IMG/VR virus record: IMGVR_UViG_3300030329_004647
Span: 124,001-188,000 of that record
Reading direction: 5' to 3' (one strand)
DNA: 64,000 nt
Below the pieces are notes generated by a model. It was not told where the DNA came from and ran no database searches. It worked only from the letters and a program-made list of their open reading frames with translations. The translations under genes and the position numbers were made by a program. Positions 39,775 to 50,094 of this stretch are shown here, one piece after another. Within the stretch, counting starts at the first letter, position 1; every line of letters starts with the position of its first letter.

Positions 39775-40239
39775 TTATTTTAATTCAGTTATTATTTGTT
39801 TTATTCTTTTTATTTCTTCATATATAGGTTTATCACTATAAATAGACCTAGAATCATTTGGTGCCTTAACTAACCTAACTTTAGTTGCGTTTTTAGAGTT
39901 ATCTTTAGTGTGTTCTTTTTTAAACTGATTAGGCATCCCAGCGTTCATTCTTTGTCTTTTCCCAGACTCAATTGATTTACGTCTATGTTCTAGTTTACTA
40001 TTAACCCAATCTAATAACTCATCACCACCTATTAATTTATAGACCTTAGGGTCCATATCATTTTCCATCTCATGTTTTATTTTTTTAGCTTGACCATAAT
40101 TAACTCCTTTTTTTTCACATAGACCATTTAGTCTATCATACCCATTTTGTTTTTCATTAGAGTTGGACAGATTGGTTGTAAGTACCGATAGTAGTTCATC
40201 AGGTAACTTATAAAAATCATTTACTAAATCTTTGTTCAT
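39775..40239 (-). CDS. Hypothetical protein
   Basis: 154 aa; C-terminal YEEIKRIKQII. Confidence 0.5.
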   Translation of the reverse strand: MNKDLVNDFYKLPDELLSVLTTNLSNSNEKQNGYDRLNGLCEKKGVNYGQAKKIKHEMENDMDPKVYKLIGGDELLDWVNSKLEHRRKSIESGKRQRMNAGMPNQFKKEHTKDNSKNATKVRLVKAPNDSRSIYSDKPIYEEIKRIKQIITELK

Positions 40240-41015
40240 TTTTTGTTGTAAGAAACTTTTATATCCAAACCTTCCTTGTCTCCTAACTTTTTTAGTTGAT
40301 TTATTTTTCTATCTAAAAAATAATTAATGTCTTCTTCGTCTTCGTCTATCTCTTTAGAGGATATTTCACCATCCTCACTACGTTTACTAAGAATTACCTC
40401 AATCATTTTTCGCATTCTATCTTCAGATATTTTTTTAAGTTTAGCTCTTTCGTTTAATCTTTTTAAATCTTCTTCACCTTCTATAGCTCCCGAAGCTTCA
40501 GCTCTATCTTTAGCCTCATCCTCATTAAAACCATACTCTTTTTCGTACATGTCAACTATTTCTTCAAAATCCATTCTATCGGTCTTAAGAGGCAACCCAT
40601 CACTTTTTTCATTTTGAACACCCAACATATCTTGCATGTCAATTTCTTTAATAGGTTTTTCAGATTCTACAGATTCACCCCAATACCTTTTATAAAAGTA
40701 ACCTTTTCCTTGTTCTCCACTTTGTCTAGTAGCAGGTACCACAGCATCGGTAGTTTTCTTTTGAGATATAGTCTGGTTATTATTATATCCTAAAGGCACT
40801 TTATTACCAAGAATAGACCCGTCAAAGTCCACTAACTCATCTATTTCTTCTTCTGTATCTTCAGATTTTTTCTCCTCCAATTCCGACTGAGAAGGAAGTG
40901 CAGGGTCTATCAGATAATCATAAGTTATCACAACTTCATCTTTATCTATAGGCATACCTTTATGTAAAAGTTTCATTTCGTCTTTAGTTAATTCTATTTC
41001 TTTTTTCGTAGCCAT
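40236..41015 (-). CDS. Acidic hypothetical protein (possible head-associated)
   Basis: 259 aa, very acidic; TATTTATA upstream at 41040-41033. Confidence 0.5.
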   Translation of the reverse strand: MATKKEIELTKDEMKLLHKGMPIDKDEVVITYDYLIDPALPSQSELEEKKSEDTEEEIDELVDFDGSILGNKVPLGYNNNQTISQKKTTDAVVPATRQSGEQGKGYFYKRYWGESVESEKPIKEIDMQDMLGVQNEKSDGLPLKTDRMDFEEIVDMYEKEYGFNEDEAKDRAEASGAIEGEEDLKRLNERAKLKKISEDRMRKMIEVILSKRSEDGEISSKEIDEDEEDINYFLDRKINQLKKLGDKEGLDIKVSYNKK

Positions 41016-41032
41016 ATTATATAATCTTTATA

Positions 41033-41067
41033 TATAAATATTAAGTTATGGTAGAATGATATTTATT
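41033..41067. promoter_or_regulatory. Divergent pair of putative late promoters
   Basis: Minus-strand TATTTATA (41040-41033) and plus-strand TATTTATT (41060-41067) in a 56-bp intergenic gap. Confidence 0.6.
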
Positions 41068-41071
41068 ATTA

Positions 41072-43837
41072 ATGGGAACACAAAATTTAAATAACTACTA
41101 CTTCAACAAAGTAGACGCAAAAATAAATTATAGTTCATACTATGATTTCTATTTAGCTTCTGATGGAAAAGATTTTCAGACAGAAGTTGTTTATTCAAAT
41201 AATATTATAGGTTACGATAATGGGTTTGTATTACCTACTTGGATAGACTTAGATGATTCACTGTGTAGTCAAAAATCGACACTTACCTGTAACAGTATCA
41301 GAACATATTCTCCAGGAGGAGAGCCTATAGTAAATCCTTACCTACAAGTTATATTAAGTAAAAATTATTGGCCAGAAGCCACTACAGACTGTCCATGTCC
41401 ATTTACGGGTACACAATCAGGAAGTTCTGCTTATACCATCTTTAATATTAGTTTAACTGGTATCGATAACGGTTTATTTACAGGAATGACTAGTGCATCA
41501 ACAATAGACCTATATAATATACTACCCCAAGACCTAACATTTTCAGCTAACTCTTACGATAGAAGATTCAAAATGCATCAAGTAAGGTCGTCGAACTTCA
41601 CCAATCACGCGACACCATATAATGATAACATGCTTCCAAAATCAGGTTACACATCCTACGCTATAAGTTCTACTACTGACAACTCAGGTTACTACCAAGA
41701 GTTAAATGGTGGATTTTACCAAGGATTTTATAAATTATATGGGTACCCATATGAAGTACTACCCAATAGAACTGAATGTGGTTGGACAATGGAAACTTTT
41801 TTAAAATTAAGAGTTACAGGAAGTACCAGTCCTAGTTCAGCCTCAACATGTTTTTCTACAAACCATAACCAATGTGCGGGGTATCTTCTAGGTTCGGTAA
41901 CTGGAGGCTCCAATCTGGGTTCAAGTGTATGGATTACAGATGGTTCATGTACACACGTTGGTTGTGGAAGTGGTGACGACCAACCTTATTACGACGGAAG
42001 TGTAACATATAGTGCTATTAACAATCTAGATAGTTTTGTTGTAACTCCTGTGGACTATACATTCCCTATAAGATACGCGTACATTCCTAACAAAGTAGTA
42101 CAAGGAAAAAGTTATGAATTCCTATTTACCATATCCGATTACACAGGTGGTTATGTATCCCCTCAGGCAGGTACTTTTATCCAAAGTCAAGAAGTTTTTT
42201 CTGGTAATGGGAGACATAGAAGTACAGCTATTAACGCGGGTGTTGACCCATATGGTGGTATGGTTCCATGGGCTTGTGCTAAAGATTGTTTAGCTCTACT
42301 TTTGAGATTCGATGATGAATTTGGTGGTGTTGTAAGTGATATTGTAGTGAGAGAAAAAACTACACTTAATGACATTAATCCTAACAATACTGGATTTTTC
42401 TACTATCAAGGAACGAGAGCAGAAAATAAATTTTGGGAACCCTTTAGTGCAGAAACAGGATGCACATCTTTTACAGGGTACTGTAGTGAAACAGGTTTAA
42501 CGGGAGATACATGTACTCTAGATATATCAAGTGGAGCAACGGGATATACCACCATTTATGAATTAGATTGTTGTAATGGGGTAATTAGCGCTAATACTCT
42601 CGGACCAACTAAGGTAAAGGTTAAAAAAGGCCCATGCACTACCGAAGAAAGATACCTACCCGTATCAGCTATATCAGATACCTACTCCAATGCTTTTGGG
42701 GTTAGAATGACGCCAGACTTTAAATTAGGATATAGAGCTTTAAGGTATACAGGGTCTTGTGTGACTACAGGAACTTCAGTAGATTGTAATACCGGAGGTG
42801 TGTTTAATTGTGGGTATAATGTTGAGGAGGCCTATTCTGATGTTATTTGTCCTGTATTAGTAAATTCTGGAACTTGTGAGGATACGTGGATACAAGTTTC
42901 CGTAGTATATGAAAGGGATGTTTGCTTTAGTGGGTGTAATTTAGAAAATAAAGGGGGATTAAATGACTTACTTAAAACGCCTACTTTTTATGAGTGGGAA
43001 AGATATGGATATGATGATGTTAAAAGATGTAATGATGAATACCCGTTAATACCAGAAGATGGTTATTATGATTTAGAATGTAGTGGAGCCACTCAAGGAC
43101 TAACATCAACAGGGGATACTGGGTATGGAAAATGGTTATCCGAAAAAGATTTACGAGAAGGAACTTTAAGTTTCTATGTTAACGGAAGAAGAGTAATGAA
43201 AGTGGAAAATTTTGAGGAAATCATACCTAGAGCTTTAAATACTCATAGAAATTTACAAGTTGGTGTGCCATTTAATATGTCATGGGGTGGTGGTTCACAA
43301 GGGTTATACGAAAATGTAACCTATCAAGGTACAGGTTGTACTGGAAGCCCACCATATGTACAAGACGCAAATGATTTAGGTTTATTAATTGAAAAACATT
43401 TTGCGGGTAGTTGGATGGGAGGAATATCTCAATTTAGATATTATATTAAACCATTACAAGCAGATGAAATATATCATAATTTCTTAGTCAATAAAGATAG
43501 GTATAGTTTAATAGATTGTGAGTTTCACAAAAACTGTACTAGAAATGTTTGTAGTAATCCACAAACCTTATATTATAGAGATGGTGATTCCTTAGACATT
43601 AAGGTAATTTTTGAAGGACCGAACATGAACAATGTTTTTGTAGGAACGGATGGTCAGAACATAAAATTTAAGTCCGATTTACAAGAAAACATATCTTCTG
43701 TAACTTATAAGAAAAACAATGAAGAGGTTAGTTTACCGTTTATTTTACGCTCTTCAGATAATCTAGAAATTATAATTTCCGCTATGGATTCGAGTATAAA
43801 TTCAATAATAACATTAATAGGTAATGAAATTAAGTGA
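41072..43837 (+). CDS. Large Cys/Ser/Thr/Gly-rich virion protein with LamG/ConA-like C-terminal region
   Basis: GTLSFYVNG...GGISQFRYYIKPLQADEIYHNF LamG-like ending; many [ST]GxT motifs. Confidence 0.55.
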   Translation: MGTQNLNNYYFNKVDAKINYSSYYDFYLASDGKDFQTEVVYSNNIIGYDNGFVLPTWIDLDDSLCSQKSTLTCNSIRTYSPGGEPIVNPYLQVILSKNYWPEATTDCPCPFTGTQSGSSAYTIFNISLTGIDNGLFTGMTSASTIDLYNILPQDLTFSANSYDRRFKMHQVRSSNFTNHATPYNDNMLPKSGYTSYAISSTTDNSGYYQELNGGFYQGFYKLYGYPYEVLPNRTECGWTMETFLKLRVTGSTSPSSASTCFSTNHNQCAGYLLGSVTGGSNLGSSVWITDGSCTHVGCGSGDDQPYYDGSVTYSAINNLDSFVVTPVDYTFPIRYAYIPNKVVQGKSYEFLFTISDYTGGYVSPQAGTFIQSQEVFSGNGRHRSTAINAGVDPYGGMVPWACAKDCLALLLRFDDEFGGVVSDIVVREKTTLNDINPNNTGFFYYQGTRAENKFWEPFSAETGCTSFTGYCSETGLTGDTCTLDISSGATGYTTIYELDCCNGVISANTLGPTKVKVKKGPCTTEERYLPVSAISDTYSNAFGVRMTPDFKLGYRALRYTGSCVTTGTSVDCNTGGVFNCGYNVEEAYSDVICPVLVNSGTCEDTWIQVSVVYERDVCFSGCNLENKGGLNDLLKTPTFYEWERYGYDDVKRCNDEYPLIPEDGYYDLECSGATQGLTSTGDTGYGKWLSEKDLREGTLSFYVNGRRVMKVENFEEIIPRALNTHRNLQVGVPFNMSWGGGSQGLYENVTYQGTGCTGSPPYVQDANDLGLLIEKHFAGSWMGGISQFRYYIKPLQADEIYHNFLVNKDRYSLIDCEFHKNCTRNVCSNPQTLYYRDGDSLDIKVIFEGPNMNNVFVGTDGQNIKFKSDLQENISSVTYKKNNEEVSLPFILRSSDNLEIIISAMDSSINSIITLIGNEIK

Positions 43838-43883
43838 TTTTTAGTGCAACCAAAATAATTATAGTAAAGAAACATTTTAAAAT

Positions 43884-44765
43884 ATGCCATCATACATTAG
43901 ATTACTAACAGAAAAAAACACCAATGTCCCTATTCCACCAACAGGGCATACATCAATATTCTCTAGCAGTGGAACAACACACGGAGAAAAACAATATACA
44001 TTATATTATAAAACACCAGGTGGTAGCACGTATCCAGTAGGATACCAAGCTCTTTTAATGAGTGGTGGTACTTTTTCTGGCACTGTAGAGTTTTTATCAG
44101 GAGCAACTTTTGGTGGGTTGACTGCTGATACAGGAAACTTCTTATCAGGAATGACATCTAGTACTGGTATATTTTCAGGTATTAGTACTGGTTTTATCAC
44201 AGCAACTACAGGTGTCTTTACAGCGATAACAGCAACTGACGGCATAACTGGTGGTACAGGTTGTGTTTTCTCTGCTGTAACAGTAGCAGGTTCAGGTCTA
44301 ACCGCTGATACTATATACGCTACAACAGGTGTTACTGTAATAGGTGGATTAACAGCCACTACTAGTGGAACTACCTTCCCACCGAACCAAACAGTATCAT
44401 TTACTACAGGAGCAACAATAAGTGCTTGTGTTGAAACTTATATTTGTACAGCACAAACGCAGTCTTTAGTAATCGCACCATCCCCAACCTTAACAACTAG
44501 TAGTACGGGTACCACTGGCAGCTATTCTTTCTATAAAGTTAATACTACTGGAGGTGATTTTGGTACTCAGTTACCAGACGCGGCAGATGGAGAATTAAAA
44601 TATTTTGCTGTAGTAGCTGGGACTAATGAATTTGCTATACATGGAGTTAATCTTAATGGCACAAAACTAGTTTTAGATGCTATAGGAGAAGGGGCTACCC
44701 TTATTTATGATTCTACTACTACTAAATGGACTGTATTAGGCACAACAGGAACATTGACAGTTTAA
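43884..44765 (+). CDS. Ser/Thr/Gly-rich fibre/decoration-like virion protein
   Basis: Repeated SGGT/SGAT/SGMT/TAIT/SAVT units; C-terminal beta domain. Confidence 0.55.
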   Translation: MPSYIRLLTEKNTNVPIPPTGHTSIFSSSGTTHGEKQYTLYYKTPGGSTYPVGYQALLMSGGTFSGTVEFLSGATFGGLTADTGNFLSGMTSSTGIFSGISTGFITATTGVFTAITATDGITGGTGCVFSAVTVAGSGLTADTIYATTGVTVIGGLTATTSGTTFPPNQTVSFTTGATISACVETYICTAQTQSLVIAPSPTLTTSSTGTTGSYSFYKVNTTGGDFGTQLPDAADGELKYFAVVAGTNEFAIHGVNLNGTKLVLDAIGEGATLIYDSTTTKWTVLGTTGTLTV

Positions 44766-44768
44766 ATT

Positions 44769-45155
44769 ATGGAATTTTTCGTTAGAAAAGAATCACTAGA
44801 ACCAATTCTTAAGTTACAACTTGTACAAGACGGTAGAAATGACTTTGATGCATTTTATGATAAGTTATCTAATTCTACTATAAAATTTTCTATGAGAAAA
44901 GTAGAAAATGGTGTTTATAAAATTTTAAATAGAGCCGGTGGAATTGTACAAAAAACAAAAGAAAGTATTAATGCTCCTACAGAATATTACATTTATTATA
45001 GATGGAGAAAAAGTGATGTTAACAAAGTAGGTAGATTTCAAGGAATGTTTTCTATATATTTACACGACGAGTGTACAGAACTTAAAGTACCAATCAGAGA
45101 AGACCTATTTATTAATATAACAGATTCTTTTGTTCAAACTTCTTGTGACTGTTAA
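44769..45155 (+). CDS. BppU-like baseplate protein
   Basis: FFVRKESLEPILKLQL...IKFSM...YYRWRKSDVNKVGRFQGMF...LKVP. Confidence 0.5.
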   Translation: MEFFVRKESLEPILKLQLVQDGRNDFDAFYDKLSNSTIKFSMRKVENGVYKILNRAGGIVQKTKESINAPTEYYIYYRWRKSDVNKVGRFQGMFSIYLHDECTELKVPIREDLFINITDSFVQTSCDC

Positions 45156-45186
45156 TTGAATTTCCAACTTTTTATTATTACTTTTA
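45156..45186 (+). promoter_or_regulatory. TTG-N20-TACTTTTA host-type promoter for DNA polymerase
   Basis: TTG 45156-45158, TACTTTTA 45179-45186; same register as other early-type promoters. Confidence 0.5.
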
Positions 45187-45211
45187 CAGTATAATATAAA
45201 AACGAAATTTA

Positions 45212-47932
45212 ATGCACATCCCAACTCAAAAAGACATAGAACAATTTCTACACGGTAATGACCCAGAAAAATACATAGTATCCTTAGAATTTGGTTATCG
45301 TTCAGGTAAAATATACAAAATTAAAGAGGACCCTAAAAGAGGAAAAATTGTAGAACCCGATACCTTTGTACCATTTTGTTGGGTAGGTGACCTAAGAAGT
45401 AAAAATTTTTACCAAAATAATAAAATCCTCCAAAAACAAGCAATTTCTAAATATGGAATTTTAATAGAGCCATTAGACACAGCTAATGATGAAAGATTAG
45501 AATCTGGATTAAAATACTTAGTAAAAACAACCAAAACTTATAGAGACTTAGTTACGTTTTTTAGACAGGGTGGGTTGGAACCGTGGGCTCAAGACAATAG
45601 GGATACTATTCTTATTTTACCACCTATAGAACAATATTTAATACAAAAACAAAAAAGATTATTTAAAGGATTTGAAGATTATGATAATATCCATAGGTTT
45701 GTTTTTGATTTGGAGACCACAAGTTTAAGACCTTCAGATGGTAGAATTTTTATGATTGGTATGAAGGACAATAGAGGGTTCGAAAGAGTTATAGAAGTCA
45801 AAAACGATAATGAAAGTGAAAAAGACGCTATTATACAATTTTTTGAAACTATTGATGTAATACGACCAACAATTATTGGTGGTTATAATTCAGCAAACTT
45901 TGATTGGGATTGGTTATTTGAAAGAGCACAAATTTTAGGTGTAGACACCACTAAATTTAAAACACTTAATCCAAATGAAGGATATAAATTAAAAAAAGGG
46001 GTTTTAAAGTTAGGTGCAGAAGTAGAAGAATACAATCAACTTAAAATATGGGGATACAATTCAATTGATATAGCACACGCGGTTAGAAGAGCACAAACTA
46101 TTAATTCAGACATTAAAAGTTGGGGACTAAAATATATAACCCAATTCACCAATTCTGAAAAACCAAACAGGGTTTATGTTCCTGGTGATAAAATTGCGTC
46201 AACTTATAGTGAAAATAAAGAGTATTACCTAAATAAAGATAATGGTAACTATAAGTTAACCACAGAACCAGGTTTACACAATTTAGATAAAAAATTTCCT
46301 AATGTTTATGAAAAGGTTAATGGTGAGTATATTATAGAAAGATATCTTATGGACGATTTATGGGAAACAATGGAGATTGACGCTCAATTTAACCAAGCTT
46401 CCTTTCTACTAGCTTCTATGGTACCCACTACCTATGAAAGAGTTTCTACTATGGGGACAGCTACATTATGGAAAATGTTAATGTTAGCTTGGTCCTATAC
46501 AAATAATTTAGCTATCCCTAAGAAAAAGGAAAAAAGACCTTTTGTCGGCGGACTATCACGATTAGTTAAAACGGGTTACTCAACTAAAGTTTTAAAATTA
46601 GATTTTAGTTCACTATACCCTTCAATACAATTAGTACACGACGTATTCCCAGAATGTGATGTTACTGGAGCTATGAAATGTATGTTAAAATATTTTAGAG
46701 ATACTAGGATAAAATATAAAAATTTAGCTTCAGAATATTATGAAAAAGATAAAAAAAAGTCTGAATCTTTTGGGAGAAAACAACTACCTATTAAAATTTT
46801 TATTAATTCTATGTTTGGTTCTTTATCAGCACCTCAGGTATTCCCTTGGGGTGACATGGATAGAGGTGAAGAAGTTACTTGTACCGGAAGACAATATTTA
46901 AGACACATGATAAAATGGTTTATCTCAAAAGGATATAAACCTTTGGTGTTGGATACTGACGGTGTTAATTTCTCATCACCAGAAGGTGTCGAGTCACATT
47001 CATATGTGGGTGTCGGTAATAACGAATTGGTGAAAAACGGAAAGGAGTATACTGGTAGTGATGCTCATGTAGCTGAGTATAACGATTTATATATGGTGGG
47101 TGAAATGGGGTTAGATACAGACGGAACTTGGCCCTCTTGTATTAATGTAGCTAGAAAAAATTACGCTTTACTTACTGATAAAGGAAAGGTTAAATTGACG
47201 GGTAATTCTATTAAGTCTAAAAAAATGCAAGGATTTTTAGAAGATTTTATAGATAAAGGTTTAAGAATTTTATTAGAAGGTAGGGGTTCTGACTTTATAG
47301 AATATTATTATGAATATTTGACATTAATATTTAATAAAGAAATTCCATTAGCTAAAATAGCTAATAAGGCAAGAGTAAAACAAAGTATAGAAGCTTATAA
47401 AAAACGATGTACACAAAGAACCAAAGCTGGACATTTAATGGCAAGACAAGCTCATATGGAGTTAGCAATTAGTAAAAACTTAAAAGTAGATTTAGGAGAT
47501 ACAATACATTATGTTAATAATGGTAAAGTAATGTCTCATGGTGATGTACAAAGAAAAAAGAAAAAAGACGGTACTGAAGAAATTGTTTTAAATTGTTATT
47601 TAATTTCAGAAAATGAACTACAAAATGAAACAACAGGAGAATATAATGTACCAAGATGTATAGCCGCGTTCAATAAAAGAATCGAACCATTATTAGTTTG
47701 TTTTAAACCAGAAATTAGAGACAGTATTTTAGTTAAAAAACCAGAAGATAGACAATACTTCACAAGAAAACAATGTGAATTAATAAATGGTATAGCTAGA
47801 AGACAAGGGGACCAAGACTCTCTAGAAGAAATATTAGAGTTATCTCCAGAAGAAAAAATATTCTGGTCTCAAACTATGGGAGAAAGTGAAAATTATTTTC
47901 TTGAAAAATTAGGACTCTTTGATACCGTCTGA
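45212..47932 (+). CDS. Family B DNA polymerase
   Basis: Exonuclease FDLETT, GYNSANFD; polymerase DFSSLYPS, KIFINSMFG, DTDG, KNYA. Confidence 0.93.
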   Translation: MHIPTQKDIEQFLHGNDPEKYIVSLEFGYRSGKIYKIKEDPKRGKIVEPDTFVPFCWVGDLRSKNFYQNNKILQKQAISKYGILIEPLDTANDERLESGLKYLVKTTKTYRDLVTFFRQGGLEPWAQDNRDTILILPPIEQYLIQKQKRLFKGFEDYDNIHRFVFDLETTSLRPSDGRIFMIGMKDNRGFERVIEVKNDNESEKDAIIQFFETIDVIRPTIIGGYNSANFDWDWLFERAQILGVDTTKFKTLNPNEGYKLKKGVLKLGAEVEEYNQLKIWGYNSIDIAHAVRRAQTINSDIKSWGLKYITQFTNSEKPNRVYVPGDKIASTYSENKEYYLNKDNGNYKLTTEPGLHNLDKKFPNVYEKVNGEYIIERYLMDDLWETMEIDAQFNQASFLLASMVPTTYERVSTMGTATLWKMLMLAWSYTNNLAIPKKKEKRPFVGGLSRLVKTGYSTKVLKLDFSSLYPSIQLVHDVFPECDVTGAMKCMLKYFRDTRIKYKNLASEYYEKDKKKSESFGRKQLPIKIFINSMFGSLSAPQVFPWGDMDRGEEVTCTGRQYLRHMIKWFISKGYKPLVLDTDGVNFSSPEGVESHSYVGVGNNELVKNGKEYTGSDAHVAEYNDLYMVGEMGLDTDGTWPSCINVARKNYALLTDKGKVKLTGNSIKSKKMQGFLEDFIDKGLRILLEGRGSDFIEYYYEYLTLIFNKEIPLAKIANKARVKQSIEAYKKRCTQRTKAGHLMARQAHMELAISKNLKVDLGDTIHYVNNGKVMSHGDVQRKKKKDGTEEIVLNCYLISENELQNETTGEYNVPRCIAAFNKRIEPLLVCFKPEIRDSILVKKPEDRQYFTRKQCELINGIARRQGDQDSLEEILELSPEEKIFWSQTMGESENYFLEKLGLFDTV

Positions 47933-48874
47933 CGAAACAATCATCCAAGAAGACATAGGTTCATAATATCTAAACTCAACACAACTTTCAGGCAACATCT
48001 CTAAAGACTCCCATTGATTATCTATGTAACCTTTATCTGGAAATACGTTACAATTTGCTAATGATTTAATAACATATTTTTTAGCAACATGACTGTCTAA
48101 GGTATAATCTACATCCTCATCTAAGACAATAAAAACATCTTTTTCACAAAGACATTCTTTTTTAGTGGTTTCCGTTGAAGTATTAACCTTAGGTGTGTGA
48201 CCCTTTTTAAGATATTCTATTATAGCTAGAGTAAGTAATTTATAGTTAACTCCTCTAGGGGTCTTACCATCTATTTCATATGATACAAAATCAGTTAGTC
48301 CTAAATCATGTACTTCTTCCGCTATTAATCCTATAGCTTCTGTTTTATCTGCCTTCCACCTAAATCTTTTAGTTTCTAAACTTAATAAATTTTCTAAATT
48401 TAGAATATCCGTATTTCTAATATCGTATTTAACTCTTTTTGTCGAGGTATCAATGTATATGTTACCATTAGAATCAATACCTAAAGCGTCTTTATCCGCA
48501 GCCAATAAATTACTTCTATTAATTTGTAGGCATGTAGCACTAAACGCGGGAACATTTGGGTTACTCCTATCAATTGGGTCTAAAGGTGCTTGACCAATAG
48601 ATAAAACTGTAGTCGCACTTGTTATTCCTGAATATGTTGTTATAGCTACACCGTGAGTACAATCTTCAGTAAGATTTCCAGCACTATTATATATTGAACT
48701 ACCAACTAACAGTGTAGCTCCACTAGAACATCGTGTACATGCACTAGAATAACTAAATCCGTTATTCATAGCTCTGAAATTTCCTAAATAAAAAGTGTTA
48801 CCAGATAATATAGCGGTTTGACCACTATATTGCCTCATTTGTCTACTATAATCTATCTTTGTATAAAATCCCAT
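47909..48874 (-). CDS. Fibre-like protein with internal intramolecular chaperone (peptidase S74) domain
   Basis: STKRVKYDI...RFRWK...IGLIAEEV...VNYKLL; S/T/G-rich N-terminus. Confidence 0.65.
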   Translation of the reverse strand: MGFYTKIDYSRQMRQYSGQTAILSGNTFYLGNFRAMNNGFSYSSACTRCSSGATLLVGSSIYNSAGNLTEDCTHGVAITTYSGITSATTVLSIGQAPLDPIDRSNPNVPAFSATCLQINRSNLLAADKDALGIDSNGNIYIDTSTKRVKYDIRNTDILNLENLLSLETKRFRWKADKTEAIGLIAEEVHDLGLTDFVSYEIDGKTPRGVNYKLLTLAIIEYLKKGHTPKVNTSTETTKKECLCEKDVFIVLDEDVDYTLDSHVAKKYVIKSLANCNVFPDKGYIDNQWESLEMLPESCVEFRYYEPMSSWMIVSSDGIKES

Positions 48875-48875
48875 A

Positions 48876-50006
48876 TTAAATTACGTAAATACTTCCTGGA
48901 TTCATTGGCCTATATCCTAATGATTTATTTAGGTTTTCTGCCTCTAGAGCTTTTCTCTCTAACATTTTATCATTCCTTAATCTTTCTAATCTAGCTACTA
49001 ACTCCTCTATTAATTTAGCATATTCATCTTTAGCTTCATTTAATAAACTATCATACTCTAAAGTAAGTTCTGAATCTGGTGTTTTTAAATTACCACCAAA
49101 CTTTCCTCGGACACGACCTAATATTTCTTTAGATTTAGCGAAAAAATATCTTCTAACCCATGATTGAGCTGGAGGATTAAGTTCACCAAAATTAATTTCA
49201 TCCAATCTTACATCACTAGGTAATAATACAATATCTTTATTTTTTGCTAAACAATCGTCTCTATCACCACCAGTATCATAATACCAATAATAAACTCTGT
49301 GTTGGTTAACATCTATATTACCAAAATCAAATCTTCCACCAGGTACATTATATAGGTGTAGGTACTTAACTCCATTCACACCACCTGCTCCAGCTGTTAT
49401 TCTATATGTTAATTCACCACCAATAATTCTATTTTTAAGATTTCTATCCTGCATTCTTAATAGGATATCAAAAGCAGGCATCATATAATAAGAACCTTGA
49501 ATCCCCATTTGAGCAAATCCTCCAGGACCACCAACACCCATTCCACCAAATCCACCAAAAGCACCTAAAAACGGGTCTAAAAAAGCTTCGTTTAATTCTG
49601 CACGACTATACCACAACACTTCATTAATCTCTCGACCAGCTGGTATTTCATACATTTGTTGGTTATTAACTAAGGTTACATAGTCTTGTTTTAATTGGTA
49701 CGGTCCTCCAGCTTGTAAACCTACAATCTTTGAGTATGCGTAAGTAAATGACGTTTCAAAGTTAAGGTCTCTAGTCATAAAAGCGTTGGTGAGAGAAATA
49801 ACATCCTGGTCTTGACCATATAAAGAAGACCATTGATTTTCTATCAACCAATCCTGTATATACTGACCATAATCCATTATAGCTACTTCTAATGCCGTAT
49901 CTAACATTTCATCTTCTAATTCAACAGCTCTTATAGGAGCACCTAACATGTGCTTACACTGTTTAAATAATTTTTCTCTTTTTAAGGGGTCTATTGTTGG
50001 TTCCAT
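48876..50006 (-). CDS. Neck protein (T4 gp13-like)
   Basis: LGAPIRAVELED, WVRRYFFAKSKEILGRVRGKF; TATTTATA at 50030-50023. Confidence 0.7.
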   Translation of the reverse strand: MEPTIDPLKREKLFKQCKHMLGAPIRAVELEDEMLDTALEVAIMDYGQYIQDWLIENQWSSLYGQDQDVISLTNAFMTRDLNFETSFTYAYSKIVGLQAGGPYQLKQDYVTLVNNQQMYEIPAGREINEVLWYSRAELNEAFLDPFLGAFGGFGGMGVGGPGGFAQMGIQGSYYMMPAFDILLRMQDRNLKNRIIGGELTYRITAGAGGVNGVKYLHLYNVPGGRFDFGNIDVNQHRVYYWYYDTGGDRDDCLAKNKDIVLLPSDVRLDEINFGELNPPAQSWVRRYFFAKSKEILGRVRGKFGGNLKTPDSELTLEYDSLLNEAKDEYAKLIEELVARLERLRNDKMLERKALEAENLNKSLGYRPMNPGSIYVI

Positions 50007-50046
50007 AAGCTAATTCTTTTACTATAAATATTAGCAACTACGCATT

Positions 50047-50070
50047 AAAAAAGGTTCAAAAAGAACCTTT
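50047..50070 (-). terminator. Intrinsic terminator
   Basis: AAAGGTTC-AAAAA-GAACCTTT with minus-strand U-tract after the 50095 gene. Confidence 0.6.
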
Positions 50071-50094
50071 CTTATATAAATTAGAATAAATAAC

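Noticed and set aside
43884-44765. Diversity-generating retroelement or DNA tandem repeat
   Set aside because: Repeats are at the amino-acid motif level only; no reverse transcriptase or TR/VR pair seen.
45212-47932. Intein or intron in DNA polymerase
   Set aside because: Motifs are contiguous, with no intein splice motifs or LAGLIDADG blocks seen.
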